This document shows positions 30,292 to 40,897 of a DNA stretch of 64,000 nucleotides, piece by piece. The translations under genes and the position numbers were made by a program. The first letter of the stretch is position 1. Every line of letters begins with the position of its first letter. The notes below the pieces were generated by a model that worked only from the letters and a program-made list of their open reading frames with translations, did no database searches and was not told the DNA's origin. The stretch is from Microcoleus sp. (GTDB taxonomy: Bacteria > Cyanobacteriota > Cyanobacteriia > Cyanobacteriales > Microcoleaceae), in NCBI GenBank assembly GCA_052279835.1, contig CP181291.1, positions 800,001 through 864,000 of the forward strand, given 5' to 3'.

Positions 30292-30407
30292 GCTTCTTCT
30301 TTCCCCCCTTGGGGGGGGCAGGGGGGGGTGACTTCTTCCTTCTTCCTTCTTCCTTCCCCCCTTGGGGGGCAGGGGGGGGTGACTTCTTCCTTCTTCCTTC
30401 TTCCTTC
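30292..30407. repeat. (CTTCTTC)n plus two CCCCCTTGGGGGG.CAGGGGGGGGTG units (right arm)
   Basis: Inverted relative to 29965-30045; same palindrome family as the insert at 13070-13415. Confidence 0.8.
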
Positions 30408-30409
30408 AA

Positions 30410-32512
30410 TTACAGCCAATCGTCGTCATCATCCCAATCGTCACTTTGATTTTGATAAGGGCGAGTTGGGCGATTAGCATTACTTCTACGATCGCCCATT
30501 CGATCGCGGTCGTAGGGTTGGTCGTAGGGTCGGTCGTAGGGTCGGTCGTAGGGTCGGTCGGGAATTGGATCGACAGTCGATCGCCGATAGGGCTTAGCAT
30601 TCTGATAATAGCTGTTGTCATCGCTGCGTCGCTTGCTACCCTCGCCGGAAAAAGTACGCTTCACCGACTCAAAGAAATCATCATCGTCATCATCATCAGC
30701 AAAAGCTGAAACTTCTCGGCTCAAATCATAAAGAGCATCCTGCAAATCAGAACCAACTTGGTCAACTCCGCGCTCATCATTGCGTTCCAAACTGTCTCGT
30801 AATTCTCGAATTAAAGTTTCTATGCGTTGGCGGCTTCTTTGAGCAAACTGCATTCCGCGATCGAGCGCAACTTCCCGCAACTGCCGCTCAGCCTGATAAG
30901 CCAAAGCCTCAGCGCGATTGCGTTTTTCCACCCTTTCCCGCTGCAACTTATCAGCTTGAGCAAACTGTTCAGCATCGCGAATCATTTGATTCACTTCCTG
31001 CTGAGAAAGGGTCGAAGCACCTTGCACGGTAATACTTTGTTCCCGGCCAGTAGTTTTGTCCAAAGCTGTCACCAACAGCATCCCGTTAGCATCAATATCA
31101 AAAGCTACTTGTATCTGCGGAATCCCTCGCGGTGCCGGTGGAACTCCCGTTAGTTTAAACCGTCCCAAAGACTTATTATCTCGGCCTAATTCCCGTTCGC
31201 CTTGGATGATGTGAATTTCCACGACAGTTTGGTTGTTTTCAGCAGTGGAAAAAATATCTGATCGCCTGACTGGAATAGTAGTATTGCGAGGAATCAATTT
31301 TTTCATCACACCGCCGATGGTTTCCAAGCCCAGGGACAGGGGAGTGACATCCAACAGCAGCACATCCCGGACATCGCCGCCCAAAATTCCTGCCTGAATT
31401 GCCGCACCCACGGCCACAACTTCATCGGGATTGACATTTTGATTTGGTTCTTTATCAATCAAACTGCGAACAACTTGCTGAACCAAAGGAATGCGAGTCG
31501 AACCACCAACTAACACAACTTCATCAATGCGAGAAGGACTCAAATTGGCATCAGCCAAAGCTTGTTTTACCGGACGGCGCAGCCGCTGCACCAAATCACC
31601 GCACAACCCCTCAAATTGACCGCGAGTCAGCCTCGTTTCCAGATGCAAAGGACCATCTTCATTGGCATCAATAAAAGGCAAATTAATCTCCGTGACACCA
31701 ACTCCCGACAGCTCAATCTTAGCTTTTTCCGATGCTTCAATTAAGCGCTGCAAAGCTTGGCGATTTTTTCGCAGATCGATTCCTTCTTTTTCTAAGAATT
31801 GTTCGGCCAACCAATCGACTATTTTGGAGTCAAAATCATTGCCTCCCAATTGAGTATCGCCGCTAGTTGCTTTAACTTCAAATACTCCATCTCCGACATC
31901 TAAAATCGACACATCAAAAGTGCCACCTCCCAAATCAAACACTAAAATAGTTTGACTTTCTCGCCTTTCCAAACCGTAAGCCAAAGAAGCCGCTGTGGGC
32001 TCATTTAAAATCCGTTTGACATCAAGTCCGGCAATTCGTCCCGCATCTCGTGTCGCCTGTCGCTGGGAGTCGTTGAAATAAGCAGGAACAGTAATTACAG
32101 CCCCCGTCACCTCTTGTCCGAGATAGCGGCTGGCTTCATCGGCCAACTTCCGCAATACCATCGCCGAAATTTCCTCTGGGGCGAAATCTTTTTTCATCCG
32201 GGGACACTTGACTTTGATGTTCCCGTTGTCGTCGCGGCGAGTTGTGTAAGGGACGCGCTTTGCTTCTGGAGTCAGTTCGGTGTATTTGCGTCCGATGTAC
32301 CGTTTGACTGCGTAAAAGGTGTTTTGGGGATTCAAAACTGTTTGGCGTCTGGCCATCTGTCCGACAAGCCGTTCTCCTTCCTTGGTGAAAGCAACTACCG
32401 AGGGAGTTGTCCGCATCCCTTCTGCATTGGCAATCACAACCGGTTTGCCACCTTCCATGACGGCTACTACTGAGTTTGTTGTTCCGAGGTCAATGCCAAC
32501 TACTTTACCCAT
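30410..32512 (-). CDS. dnaK: Molecular chaperone DnaK, cyanobacterial DnaK3 type
   Basis: [19 protein letters not shown] and LVGGSTRIP motifs; extended tail ending WDDDDDWL; adjacent dnaJ. Confidence 0.95.
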   Translation of the reverse strand: MGKVVGIDLGTTNSVVAVMEGGKPVVIANAEGMRTTPSVVAFTKEGERLVGQMARRQTVLNPQNTFYAVKRYIGRKYTELTPEAKRVPYTTRRDDNGNIKVKCPRMKKDFAPEEISAMVLRKLADEASRYLGQEVTGAVITVPAYFNDSQRQATRDAGRIAGLDVKRILNEPTAASLAYGLERRESQTILVFDLGGGTFDVSILDVGDGVFEVKATSGDTQLGGNDFDSKIVDWLAEQFLEKEGIDLRKNRQALQRLIEASEKAKIELSGVGVTEINLPFIDANEDGPLHLETRLTRGQFEGLCGDLVQRLRRPVKQALADANLSPSRIDEVVLVGGSTRIPLVQQVVRSLIDKEPNQNVNPDEVVAVGAAIQAGILGGDVRDVLLLDVTPLSLGLETIGGVMKKLIPRNTTIPVRRSDIFSTAENNQTVVEIHIIQGERELGRDNKSLGRFKLTGVPPAPRGIPQIQVAFDIDANGMLLVTALDKTTGREQSITVQGASTLSQQEVNQMIRDAEQFAQADKLQRERVEKRNRAEALAYQAERQLREVALDRGMQFAQRSRQRIETLIRELRDSLERNDERGVDQVGSDLQDALYDLSREVSAFADDDDDDDFFESVKRTFSGEGSKRRSDDNSYYQNAKPYRRSTVDPIPDRPYDRPYDRPYDQPYDRDRMGDRRSNANRPTRPYQNQSDDWDDDDDWL

Positions 32513-32833
32513 GCGTCTGTTGTCTCCTGTGGCGTTGTGTTTAGCTTTTTTAATATAAGCGTAGATATGATTGCATTTATTGTACCGCGTCGAGAAGCGG
32601 GGGCTGCGGGGGGATTGCCTCACTTGGGGCTAGCGGCTGGGGTTGGTTGGGTGCGATCGCCCTTTTTTCCATATGGCTTTGGCGCAGCGACTGAGGAGCA
32701 AATTGATTAGAATGGAGAGCAAATTAAGGAATTAATTATAATGACCAGTATCAAATAAATATTAAAATCAGTTCTATACTCAAAATTAAAAGTTATTTCA
32801 GAAGAATACAAAGTCTACAATCACAATAAAACT

Positions 32834-33625
32834 ATGAAATTCACCCTAGATGTAGAAAACAATCCCACAGGCTGGCCAGACCACACTCAACTACCCGAAT
32901 CTGATGGTACTTTTGTGAAAAACTTTCAAGAACATCCCCAAAGCATCTTACTAACTGATTCAATTACTCCGATTTTAGAAAGAATTCACGCTGACGGTAA
33001 CTATTGCATCGGTCAAGATAGTGGCATTTATTGGCGATTAACTGAGCCACTTGAACGCGGTGCAGAAGCGCCTGACTGGTTCTACGTGCCCAATGTCCCG
33101 CCCACACTAGACGGTCAATTGCGCCGTTCTTATGTGATGTGGCAAGAGTTTGTATCACCGTTGATTGTCCTAGAGTTTGTATCGGGGAATGGGATGGAAG
33201 AACGGGACAGAACGCCTTTATTGCGATCGGGTCAGCAGGAAACTAAGCCGGGGAAATTCTGGATTTATGAAAATGTCATCCGTCCGGCTTTTTATGGTAT
33301 TTATGAAGTCAGGAAGGCTAGTGTTGAAGTTTATCACTTTATAGAAGATAGGTATCAATTAGTTGCCGCAAACGATCGCGGTCATTATCCAATTCCGCAG
33401 TTGGGAGTGGAATTGGGAATTTGGCAAGGTACTTATCAAAATGCTGAGTTACCTTGGCTGCGCTGGTGGGACAGTCAAGGGAATCTGTTGCTATCGGGGG
33501 CTGAAAGAGCCCAACAAGAACAGCAAAGAGCCGATCGCGAACAGGAAAGAGCCGATCGCGCCGAAGACGAATTAGAGCAATTACGCGCTCAATTGCGATC
33601 GGCTGGTATTGAACCGCAATTGTAA
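32834..33625 (+). CDS. Uma2 family endonuclease-like protein
   Basis: LPESDG, APDWF, LEFVS, K.WIYE and WLRWWD motifs; coiled-coil ERA repeats. Confidence 0.88.
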   Translation: MKFTLDVENNPTGWPDHTQLPESDGTFVKNFQEHPQSILLTDSITPILERIHADGNYCIGQDSGIYWRLTEPLERGAEAPDWFYVPNVPPTLDGQLRRSYVMWQEFVSPLIVLEFVSGNGMEERDRTPLLRSGQQETKPGKFWIYENVIRPAFYGIYEVRKASVEVYHFIEDRYQLVAANDRGHYPIPQLGVELGIWQGTYQNAELPWLRWWDSQGNLLLSGAERAQQEQQRADREQERADRAEDELEQLRAQLRSAGIEPQL

Positions 33626-33662
33626 ATAGGAGTGCATCTCAATTTGGGAAGGGCGCGGTGGC

Positions 33663-33731
33663 AAAAAACCCGGTTTCTGCGTGAAGATTTGTATAAATAA
33701 TCGACAATTTTTGGAAGAAACCGGGTTTTTT
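33663..33731. repeat. AAAAAACCCGGTTTCT...AGAAACCGGGTTTTTT element
   Basis: Inverted arms visible. Confidence 0.8.
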
Positions 33732-33783
33732 TCGTAAGTCTTAAAGAAGTCGGGTATCTAATAATCATCACAGAGGAAACCAA

Positions 33784-36700
33784 GTGCCGCGCATTTTTGA
33801 CAACATCGAACTATCTCTGCTACCAGCATTACGAGAAACCATTAAACTCTCCTACCGTGCCGATTTTTGCGTTGGCTATTTCAACCTCCGGGGATGGCGG
33901 AGCATTGGCGATGTCATCGAAGCATACATGGGAAATCAAGGAGCCTGCTGTCGCCTTTTGGTAGGAATGCAAAGTTTGCCATCCGATGAATTGAATGCGA
34001 GTTTTAGCCTGATTTCCCATCACCGCAGCATTGATAATAGTGCAATTATTCGCCTCAAAAAACGGATGGCTGAGGAATTTCGCCAACAGTTGACAATAGG
34101 GGCTCCCAGTGATATCGATGAAGCCGGATTACGCAGGTTAAGCTATCAGATTAAAACTGGAAAAGTCATTGTTAAATTATTTTTAGCTTATCACCTACAC
34201 GCTAAACTATATCTCGTTCATCGTCAAGACCCAAACAGTCCGATAGTCGGTTTTTTGGGTAGCAGCAATCTCACTTTATCGGGACTATCGAAACAAGGAG
34301 AATTGAACATTGATATTTTAGATTTTGATGCTTGTAATAAACTGCAAAAATGGTTTGACGATCGCTGGGAAGAATACGGCTGTGTTGATATTTCTAAAGA
34401 ACTTGCAGAAATTCTCGATCGCAGTTGGGCGAGAACCGAACTAATTCCACCCTATCACATCTATCTCAACATTGTCTATCATTTGTCCCGCGAGGCGATC
34501 GCAGGTATTGCTGAATTTCAGATTCCCCGCGATTTAGTGGGTTTATTTCAGTTTCAAGAAGAAGCCGTTAAGCTAGCAGCCCGTCACATTACCAAACGGG
34601 GAGGCGTGATTATTGGCGATGTGGTAGGTTTGGGCAAAACTTTAGTCGGAACTGCGATCGCCAAAATTCTCCAAGAAGATTGTCTCTTGGAAACCCTGAT
34701 TATTTGTCCGAAAAACTTAGTCAAAATGTGGCAGGAATATGCAGATAAATATCGCCTGCTGGCGAAAGTCTTATCCATCAGTCGGGTACAGCAAGAATTG
34801 CCAGAATTGCGCCGCTACCGAGTTGTCTTAATTGATGAAAGTCACAACCTCAGAAACCGCGAAGGTAAGCGATACCGAGCCATTCAAGAATATATTGCCA
34901 TCAATGAAAGTAAATGTATTCTACTTTCAGCAACTCCCTACAACAAAACCTATTTAGATTTATCTGCTCAATTGCGGCTGTTTGTTCCCGAAGACCAAAA
35001 TTTAGGATTGCGCCCGGAAGCTTTGCTAAATAAATTAGGCGGTGGTAGCAAAGGAGAGTTAGAATTTATGAAGCGGCATCAATGTTCCGTGCGCTCTTTA
35101 GCTGCTTTTGAAAAAAGCGAACATCCTGATGATTGGCGAGAGTTGATGAAGCGCTACATGGTGAGGCGAACTCGCTCGTTTATCAAAGAAAATTATGCAG
35201 CAACTGATGCAGAAACCGATCGCAAATATCTAGAATTTGCCGTTAGCGAAGCCCTCGAAAAGGATCGCACTCGCTCCTATTTTCCCGATCGCCTTCCCAA
35301 AACCATTAAGTTTTCCTCCGAAAATCCTGCAACCAAAGCCCAGCTTGACTTCCCAGAAATTGTCGAAGTCATCAACGCCCTAAATCTGCCCCGTTACGGG
35401 CTGGGAAATTACATCGCCAAAAAACCCAAACAACAGCCGACTGAAGCAGAACAGCGACAGCTAGATGCCCTATTCCGTGGCGGTCGGCGGTTGATGGGAT
35501 TTTCGCGGACAAACCTGTTTAAGCGCCTAGAAAGCAGTGGGAGTGCGTTTATTCAGTCGATCGAGCGGCACATCCTGCGGAATTTTATCTACTTATATGC
35601 GATCGACCAAAACTCCGATATCCCGATCGGCACTCAGGATGCAGAATTATTGGATACCCGCAACAGCGATGAAGATGCTGATGCAGTTACAGTTAGCAGT
35701 TTTGATAGCGAAGAAACAGAAGATAATTCGGGGGAACTTTTAGATGTTGCAGCCGAATTGCTACTAAACGAAAAAACCTTTAAACAGCGGGCAGAATTAG
35801 TTTATCAAGAATATAAAACCCGCTACCAGCGCAGGTTTAAATGGCTGAAATCAGACTTTTTTGATACCAAGAAGTTAAAACGAGATTTACTAGCAGATGC
35901 CCGCTGTTTAATTGAAGTATTGCAAACTTGCAGCGCATGGCATTCTCAACCCGATGAAAAATTAGCTGCTTTGGTGAAATTGCTGACTGAAACTCACCCT
36001 CACGAGAAAGTATTAATTTTCACTCAATTTGCCGATACAGTCCGTTATCTAACCGACAACTTAACCAAGTTAAATATTGCGGGCGTTGCATCAGTGACAG
36101 GCAAATCAAAAGACCCAACCGAACTCACATTCCGGTTTAGTCCAACTAGCAACGGTAAGCGTGAAAAAATCTCACCCGAACAAGAATTGCGCGTCTTAAT
36201 TGCCACCGATATTCTGAGTGAAGGTCACAACTTACAAGACAGTGCGATTATCGTTAATTATGACTTACCTTGGGCAATCATTCGGTTGATTCAGCGGGCC
36301 GGAAGAGTAGACAGAATCGGACAGCAAGCAGAACAGATTTTGTGCTATTCATTTTTGCCAGAGGAAGGAGTAGAGCGGATTATCAACCTGCGCGAAAGAC
36401 TGCGCCGAAGGTTACAAGAAAATGCCGAAGTTGTGGGAACTGACGAGACATTTTTTGAAGATGATTCACCCCAAGTCATTCTGGATATTTACAATGAAAA
36501 ATCCGGCATTTTAGATGGAGAAGAAGATGCCGAAGTTGACTTAACATCGGAAGCTTTTCAGATTTGGAAAAATGCGACAGACAACAATCCAACTTTGAAA
36601 AAAACCATTGAATCCATGCCAAATGTAGTTTACTCAACTCGCAATCATACACCAGAACCATTGCAGCCCGAAGGAGTTTTATTGTACATGAAAACCGCCG

Positions 36701-37197
36701 AGGGAAATGATTCCTTAATTTGGGTCGATCGCGCTGGAAACAGCGTCAGTCAATCGCAACTAGCCATATTAAAAATTGCCGCCTGCGACGAATCCACACC
36801 AGCAATCCCCAGAGACAAACAACATCACGAATTAGTTCAAAAAGGTGCAGAATTGATAGCAGAAGAAGAGTCAACAGCGGGCGGAAAATTGGGCCGAACT
36901 TCCGGGGCCAGGTTCCGAACTTATGAACGTTTGAAAAGTTACGCCCAGTCCATGCGTGGTACAATATTTGCATCCGAGGAATTGGCAAAAGCCATTGATG
37001 AAATTTACCGCTATCCCTTGCGTCAATCGGCAATTGACACGTTAAATCGGCAATTAAAAAGCGGTATAGGCGATCGCGCTTTAGCAGAATTAGTCGTAGC
37101 ATTAAGAATGGACGACCGTTTTTGTATAGTTAGTGAAGATGGAGAAAAACGGGAACCGATGATTATTTGTTCTTTAGGCTTATTTCAGGAGATATAA
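33784..37197 (+). CDS. PLD-nuclease domain fused to a SNF2-like helicase/ATPase
   Basis: VGYF, HAKLY and GSSNLT...ELN (PLD); DVVGLGKT, DESHN, SATP, SEGHNLQ and QRAGRVDRIG (SF2 motifs). Confidence 0.9.
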   Translation: MPRIFDNIELSLLPALRETIKLSYRADFCVGYFNLRGWRSIGDVIEAYMGNQGACCRLLVGMQSLPSDELNASFSLISHHRSIDNSAIIRLKKRMAEEFRQQLTIGAPSDIDEAGLRRLSYQIKTGKVIVKLFLAYHLHAKLYLVHRQDPNSPIVGFLGSSNLTLSGLSKQGELNIDILDFDACNKLQKWFDDRWEEYGCVDISKELAEILDRSWARTELIPPYHIYLNIVYHLSREAIAGIAEFQIPRDLVGLFQFQEEAVKLAARHITKRGGVIIGDVVGLGKTLVGTAIAKILQEDCLLETLIICPKNLVKMWQEYADKYRLLAKVLSISRVQQELPELRRYRVVLIDESHNLRNREGKRYRAIQEYIAINESKCILLSATPYNKTYLDLSAQLRLFVPEDQNLGLRPEALLNKLGGGSKGELEFMKRHQCSVRSLAAFEKSEHPDDWRELMKRYMVRRTRSFIKENYAATDAETDRKYLEFAVSEALEKDRTRSYFPDRLPKTIKFSSENPATKAQLDFPEIVEVINALNLPRYGLGNYIAKKPKQQPTEAEQRQLDALFRGGRRLMGFSRTNLFKRLESSGSAFIQSIERHILRNFIYLYAIDQNSDIPIGTQDAELLDTRNSDEDADAVTVSSFDSEETEDNSGELLDVAAELLLNEKTFKQRAELVYQEYKTRYQRRFKWLKSDFFDTKKLKRDLLADARCLIEVLQTCSAWHSQPDEKLAALVKLLTETHPHEKVLIFTQFADTVRYLTDNLTKLNIAGVASVTGKSKDPTELTFRFSPTSNGKREKISPEQELRVLIATDILSEGHNLQDSAIIVNYDLPWAIIRLIQRAGRVDRIGQQAEQILCYSFLPEEGVERIINLRERLRRRLQENAEVVGTDETFFEDDSPQVILDIYNEKSGILDGEEDAEVDLTSEAFQIWKNATDNNPTLKKTIESMPNVVYSTRNHTPEPLQPEGVLLYMKTAEGNDSLIWVDRAGNSVSQSQLAILKIAACDESTPAIPRDKQHHELVQKGAELIAEEESTAGGKLGRTSGARFRTYERLKSYAQSMRGTIFASEELAKAIDEIYRYPLRQSAIDTLNRQLKSGIGDRALAELVVALRMDDRFCIVSEDGEKREPMIICSLGLFQEI

Positions 37198-37213
37198 TAA
37201 CTATTGGGATTCG

Positions 37214-37277
37214 AGAAACCGGGTTTTTGCGATAATACTCGTTGATAGCCTTGAATCTAGGAAAAAACCCGGTTTCT
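37214..37277. repeat. AGAAACCGGGTTTTT...AAAAAACCCGGTTTCT element between helicase and MTase
   Basis: Inverted arms visible. Confidence 0.8.
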
Positions 37278-37307
37278 GACTACCCGCTTCTTCCTTCATA
37301 TATAACC

Positions 37308-40300
37308 ATGCCGCAAACACTTACAGAATCCCGCCAACTCCTCCAAGACTTTCAATTTAACAAACTATTCGTCCAAAAACTCGGTTGGGACAATCCATCA
37401 TCCCGCAAAACCGTACCTGGAGAAATAGACGGCGAGACTTATTCCCGAACAGCTATCGCCCAACTTTTAGGAGTAGTTGTATATGAAATTACCACCGCTA
37501 GCGACCATATACCCAATGCGAATCAAAGACTGACTATTTATCGCGAAATAGTCCAAATATCCCGCGAAAATATCTTGATTTTTATTGATGCAAATCGCAC
37601 CAAATCTCTCTGGTATTGGGTGAAGCAAGAAGGTACAAAACTTTATCCTCGCGATCATGTATACGTGAAACGGGAACCCTGCGATTTACTGTTGAGTAAA
37701 GTCACAGCTTTAAAAGTTGATTTAGCAGAATTAGAAACGCTGTCAGTGATTGATGTCGCCCAAAGATTGCAGGCGGGATTGGATGTCGAACGAGTTACTA
37801 AGAAGTTTTTTGAAGAATTTAAACAGCAACACGTAGAATTTTTAAGTGTGATTTCTGGGATAGAAAAAGAAACAGATAGGCGCTGGTATACTTCGGTTTT
37901 ACTCAACCGCTTGATGTTTGTTTATTTTTTGCAGCGCAAAGGATTTATCGACAGCGGCAAAATGCTATACTTGCAGGAAAAATTAGCAGCAAGCAAACAG
38001 CGGGGAACCGATTTATTTTACTCAGAATTCTTGAAAACACTGTTTTTTGAGGGATTTGCTAAACCTCTCGATTTGCGGGCGGATGACGTTAAAGAATTTA
38101 TCGGCGATATTAAATACTTGAATGGGGGACTGTTTCTGGAACATCCCATCGAACAGAATTATCCGAATATTGCCATACCCGATGCTGCTTTTGAGAAAAT
38201 CTTAGATTTATTTGCGCGCTATTCTTGGAATCTCGACGATACAGTGGGTGGGAAGGAAAACGAGATTAATCCAGCGGTTTTGGGATACATCTTTGAGAAA
38301 TACATTAACCAAAAAGCCTTTGGTGCTTATTATACCAGACCGGAGATTACCGAATATTTGTGCGATCGCACAATCAACAAACTAATCCTCGATAAAATTA
38401 ATGAGGGCGGGCACGGGGGCACCGCCCCTACAGAAGAAAACCAGCATTTTGTAGGGGTAGTGCCCCCGTGCCTACCCCATGCCCAATTCCCCATGCCCGA
38501 TGCCCAATGCCCGATTCCCCATCAATTTGAAACCATCACCGAACTCCTCACCAACCTCGACGCCAATCTCTGCCGCCACCTACTAACAGAAATCCTCCCA
38601 AACCTCACATTATTAGACCCATCCTGCGGTTCCGGCGCGTTTTTAGTCGCAGCGATGAAAACGCTAATTTACATCTATTCAAAAGTCATCGGTACAAGCA
38701 AGTTTTTAAATGACCGCCACCTCAATGACTTACTAAAAACCATCGAAACCGAGCATACATCACTCAACTACTACATCAAAAAACGGATTATTAGCGATAA
38801 CCTCTACGGCGTGGATATCATGCCAGAAGCAGTGGAAATCGCCAAACTGCGACTGTTTTTAGCCTTGGTTTCGGCCGCGCAGAATGTCAACGACTTGGAA
38901 CCGTTGCCCAATATTGACTTTAACATTATGGCCGGGAATTCTTTAATTGGATTACTGCGGGTGGATGATGCAGAATATGAAGGAAGTGGAACTCAGTTAA
39001 ACCTGTTTCACAAGACCTACAGACAAGTATTAGAGGAAAAAAACCGTCTGATTTCTATTTACCGTCATGCGACTACCTATAGCCAAAACTTGCAGAGTTT
39101 ACGAGATGAGATTGCCGAAAAGAAAGCCTCGGCTATCGAAAATATTAATAAGATTTTGTTGGAAGATTTCCAGCAGTTAAAAATTAAGTTTGAACAAGCA
39201 CAGATTAGCGGTAAGCCGATTAAGCGTAGCCTTTCTATAGCTGATATTGAAGCTTTGCAGCCTTTTCACTGGGGCTATGAGTTTGATGAGATTTTGCATC
39301 AACGGGGCGGTTTTGATGCGATTATTACCAATCCACCTTGGGAAACATTCAAGCCAGATGCTAAGGAATTTTTTGCAAATCATAGCAATTTGGTGACGAA
39401 AAAGAAGATGGATATTAAGAGTTTTGAGAAAGAGCAAAAGAAACTCTTGCAAGATATTGATGTTTCTAATGCTTGGTTGGAATATCAGAGCAAATTTCCT
39501 CATATCAGTGCTTACTATCGTTCAGCGGAACAGTACAAAAATCAGATTTCAATTGTCAATGGTAAAAAAGCAGGTACGGATATTAATCTCTATAAACTAT
39601 TTGTAGAGCAATGTTTTAATCTCTTACGCAGAGGTGGCGAGTGTGGGATTGTGATCCCTAGTGGAATTTACACTGACTTGGGTACTAAGCAACTGCGGGA
39701 GATGTTATTTAGTCAAACCCAAGTGACTGGATTATTTTGTTTAGAAAATCGAAAAAATATTTTTGAAGGTGTTGATAGTCGTTTTAAGTTTGTTGTCCTT
39801 ACTTTTGAGAAGGATGGGATAACCACTGAGTTTCCCTCAGCTTTTATGCGTGTTGATGTGGATGAACTGCAAAGATTTCCTAGTGCTGATAGCTTGCAAA
39901 TTAACGTTGAATTAGTGCGAAAGTTATCTCCTGATTCTCTCTCGGTGATGGAGTTTAAAAATGAGGGAGATATTCGGATTGCTGAGAAAATGCTGCAATT
40001 CCCGTTACTGGGCGAACAGATTGAGGGGAAATGGAATCTGCGGTTAACTCGTGAATTTGACATGACGAATGACAGTCATTTATTCAAGCAAGAACCGGGG
40101 AAAGGGAGACTGCCACTTTATGAAGGTAAGATGATTCATCAGTTTACTCATCTATGGGGTAAACCTAAGTATTGGATAGATGAGGATGAAGCAGGCGGAC
40201 AACTACTTGCAGCACGTTTCAAAAAAATCACTAAGCTTTTAAAAGATGTAAATATTGATATTGAGGTAAATCCCAAATCTATCAAACTCAATTATGGCTC

Positions 40301-40892
40301 TTATCGTTTAGCTTTTCGGGATGTTGCGGCGAGTACAAATGAGCGCACAATGATTATGACTATTTTACATCCTCAAGTATTTTGTCCTCATACAATGAGT
40401 TTAGAAAACGTTTATGAAGACCAAATTATTCAAAACAGCCTCCAGTTAAATATTACCTCAATTAATTTCATTGAAAGGCTTTTTGTCTGCGCTGTTTGCA
40501 ATAGTTTTATGGTAGACTATATAATTCGTCAGCAAGTTACAGCTCATCTATCTTTTTTCTTTGTTTATAACCTTCCCGTACCACGATTAACAACTGGTGA
40601 CAAATACTTCACCGACATCGTACAGCGCGCCGCCAAACTAATCTGCACCGCCCCAGAATTTGACGAATTAGCTCAAGAAGTCGGCTTAAACTCCCACCGA
40701 GAAGGCGTTACCGATGAAACAGAACGCGCTAATTTGCGAGCCGAATTAGATGGCATCATCGCCCACCTTTACGGCTTAACGGAAGCAGAATTCGCCTACA
40801 TTTTGACTACTTTTCCCATCGTCCCCGAAGCCGTGAAACAAGCAGCATTAGCCGCCTATCGCACCTTTGCACTATCATCTGGGCCAACCTGA
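37308..40892 (+). CDS. Large N6-adenine DNA methyltransferase (Eco57I/type IIG-like) with C-terminal target-recognition region
   Basis: YLNGGLF, GAYYT, motif I LDPSCGSGAF, motif IV NPPW; ATG at 37308 preferred. Confidence 0.9.
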   Translation: MPQTLTESRQLLQDFQFNKLFVQKLGWDNPSSRKTVPGEIDGETYSRTAIAQLLGVVVYEITTASDHIPNANQRLTIYREIVQISRENILIFIDANRTKSLWYWVKQEGTKLYPRDHVYVKREPCDLLLSKVTALKVDLAELETLSVIDVAQRLQAGLDVERVTKKFFEEFKQQHVEFLSVISGIEKETDRRWYTSVLLNRLMFVYFLQRKGFIDSGKMLYLQEKLAASKQRGTDLFYSEFLKTLFFEGFAKPLDLRADDVKEFIGDIKYLNGGLFLEHPIEQNYPNIAIPDAAFEKILDLFARYSWNLDDTVGGKENEINPAVLGYIFEKYINQKAFGAYYTRPEITEYLCDRTINKLILDKINEGGHGGTAPTEENQHFVGVVPPCLPHAQFPMPDAQCPIPHQFETITELLTNLDANLCRHLLTEILPNLTLLDPSCGSGAFLVAAMKTLIYIYSKVIGTSKFLNDRHLNDLLKTIETEHTSLNYYIKKRIISDNLYGVDIMPEAVEIAKLRLFLALVSAAQNVNDLEPLPNIDFNIMAGNSLIGLLRVDDAEYEGSGTQLNLFHKTYRQVLEEKNRLISIYRHATTYSQNLQSLRDEIAEKKASAIENINKILLEDFQQLKIKFEQAQISGKPIKRSLSIADIEALQPFHWGYEFDEILHQRGGFDAIITNPPWETFKPDAKEFFANHSNLVTKKKMDIKSFEKEQKKLLQDIDVSNAWLEYQSKFPHISAYYRSAEQYKNQISIVNGKKAGTDINLYKLFVEQCFNLLRRGGECGIVIPSGIYTDLGTKQLREMLFSQTQVTGLFCLENRKNIFEGVDSRFKFVVLTFEKDGITTEFPSAFMRVDVDELQRFPSADSLQINVELVRKLSPDSLSVMEFKNEGDIRIAEKMLQFPLLGEQIEGKWNLRLTREFDMTNDSHLFKQEPGKGRLPLYEGKMIHQFTHLWGKPKYWIDEDEAGGQLLAARFKKITKLLKDVNIDIEVNPKSIKLNYGSYRLAFRDVAASTNERTMIMTILHPQVFCPHTMSLENVYEDQIIQNSLQLNITSINFIERLFVCAVCNSFMVDYIIRQQVTAHLSFFFVYNLPVPRLTTGDKYFTDIVQRAAKLICTAPEFDELAQEVGLNSHREGVTDETERANLRAELDGIIAHLYGLTEAEFAYILTTFPIVPEAVKQAALAAYRTFALSSGPT
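38403..38522. repeat. In-frame palindrome plus heptamer repeats in the MTase gene
   Basis: 28-bp inverted arms at 38405-38432 and 38450-38477, then (ATGCCC.)n. Confidence 0.85.
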
Positions 40893-40897
40893 AATCA

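Noticed and set aside
32513..32623. N-terminal extension of DnaK in the ORF track
   Set aside because: The canonical [10 protein letters not shown] start is at 32512
33784..40892. Complete BREX or DISARM system
   Set aside because: No pglZ/brxC or drmA/drmB genes nearby; flanks are Uma2 and ackA
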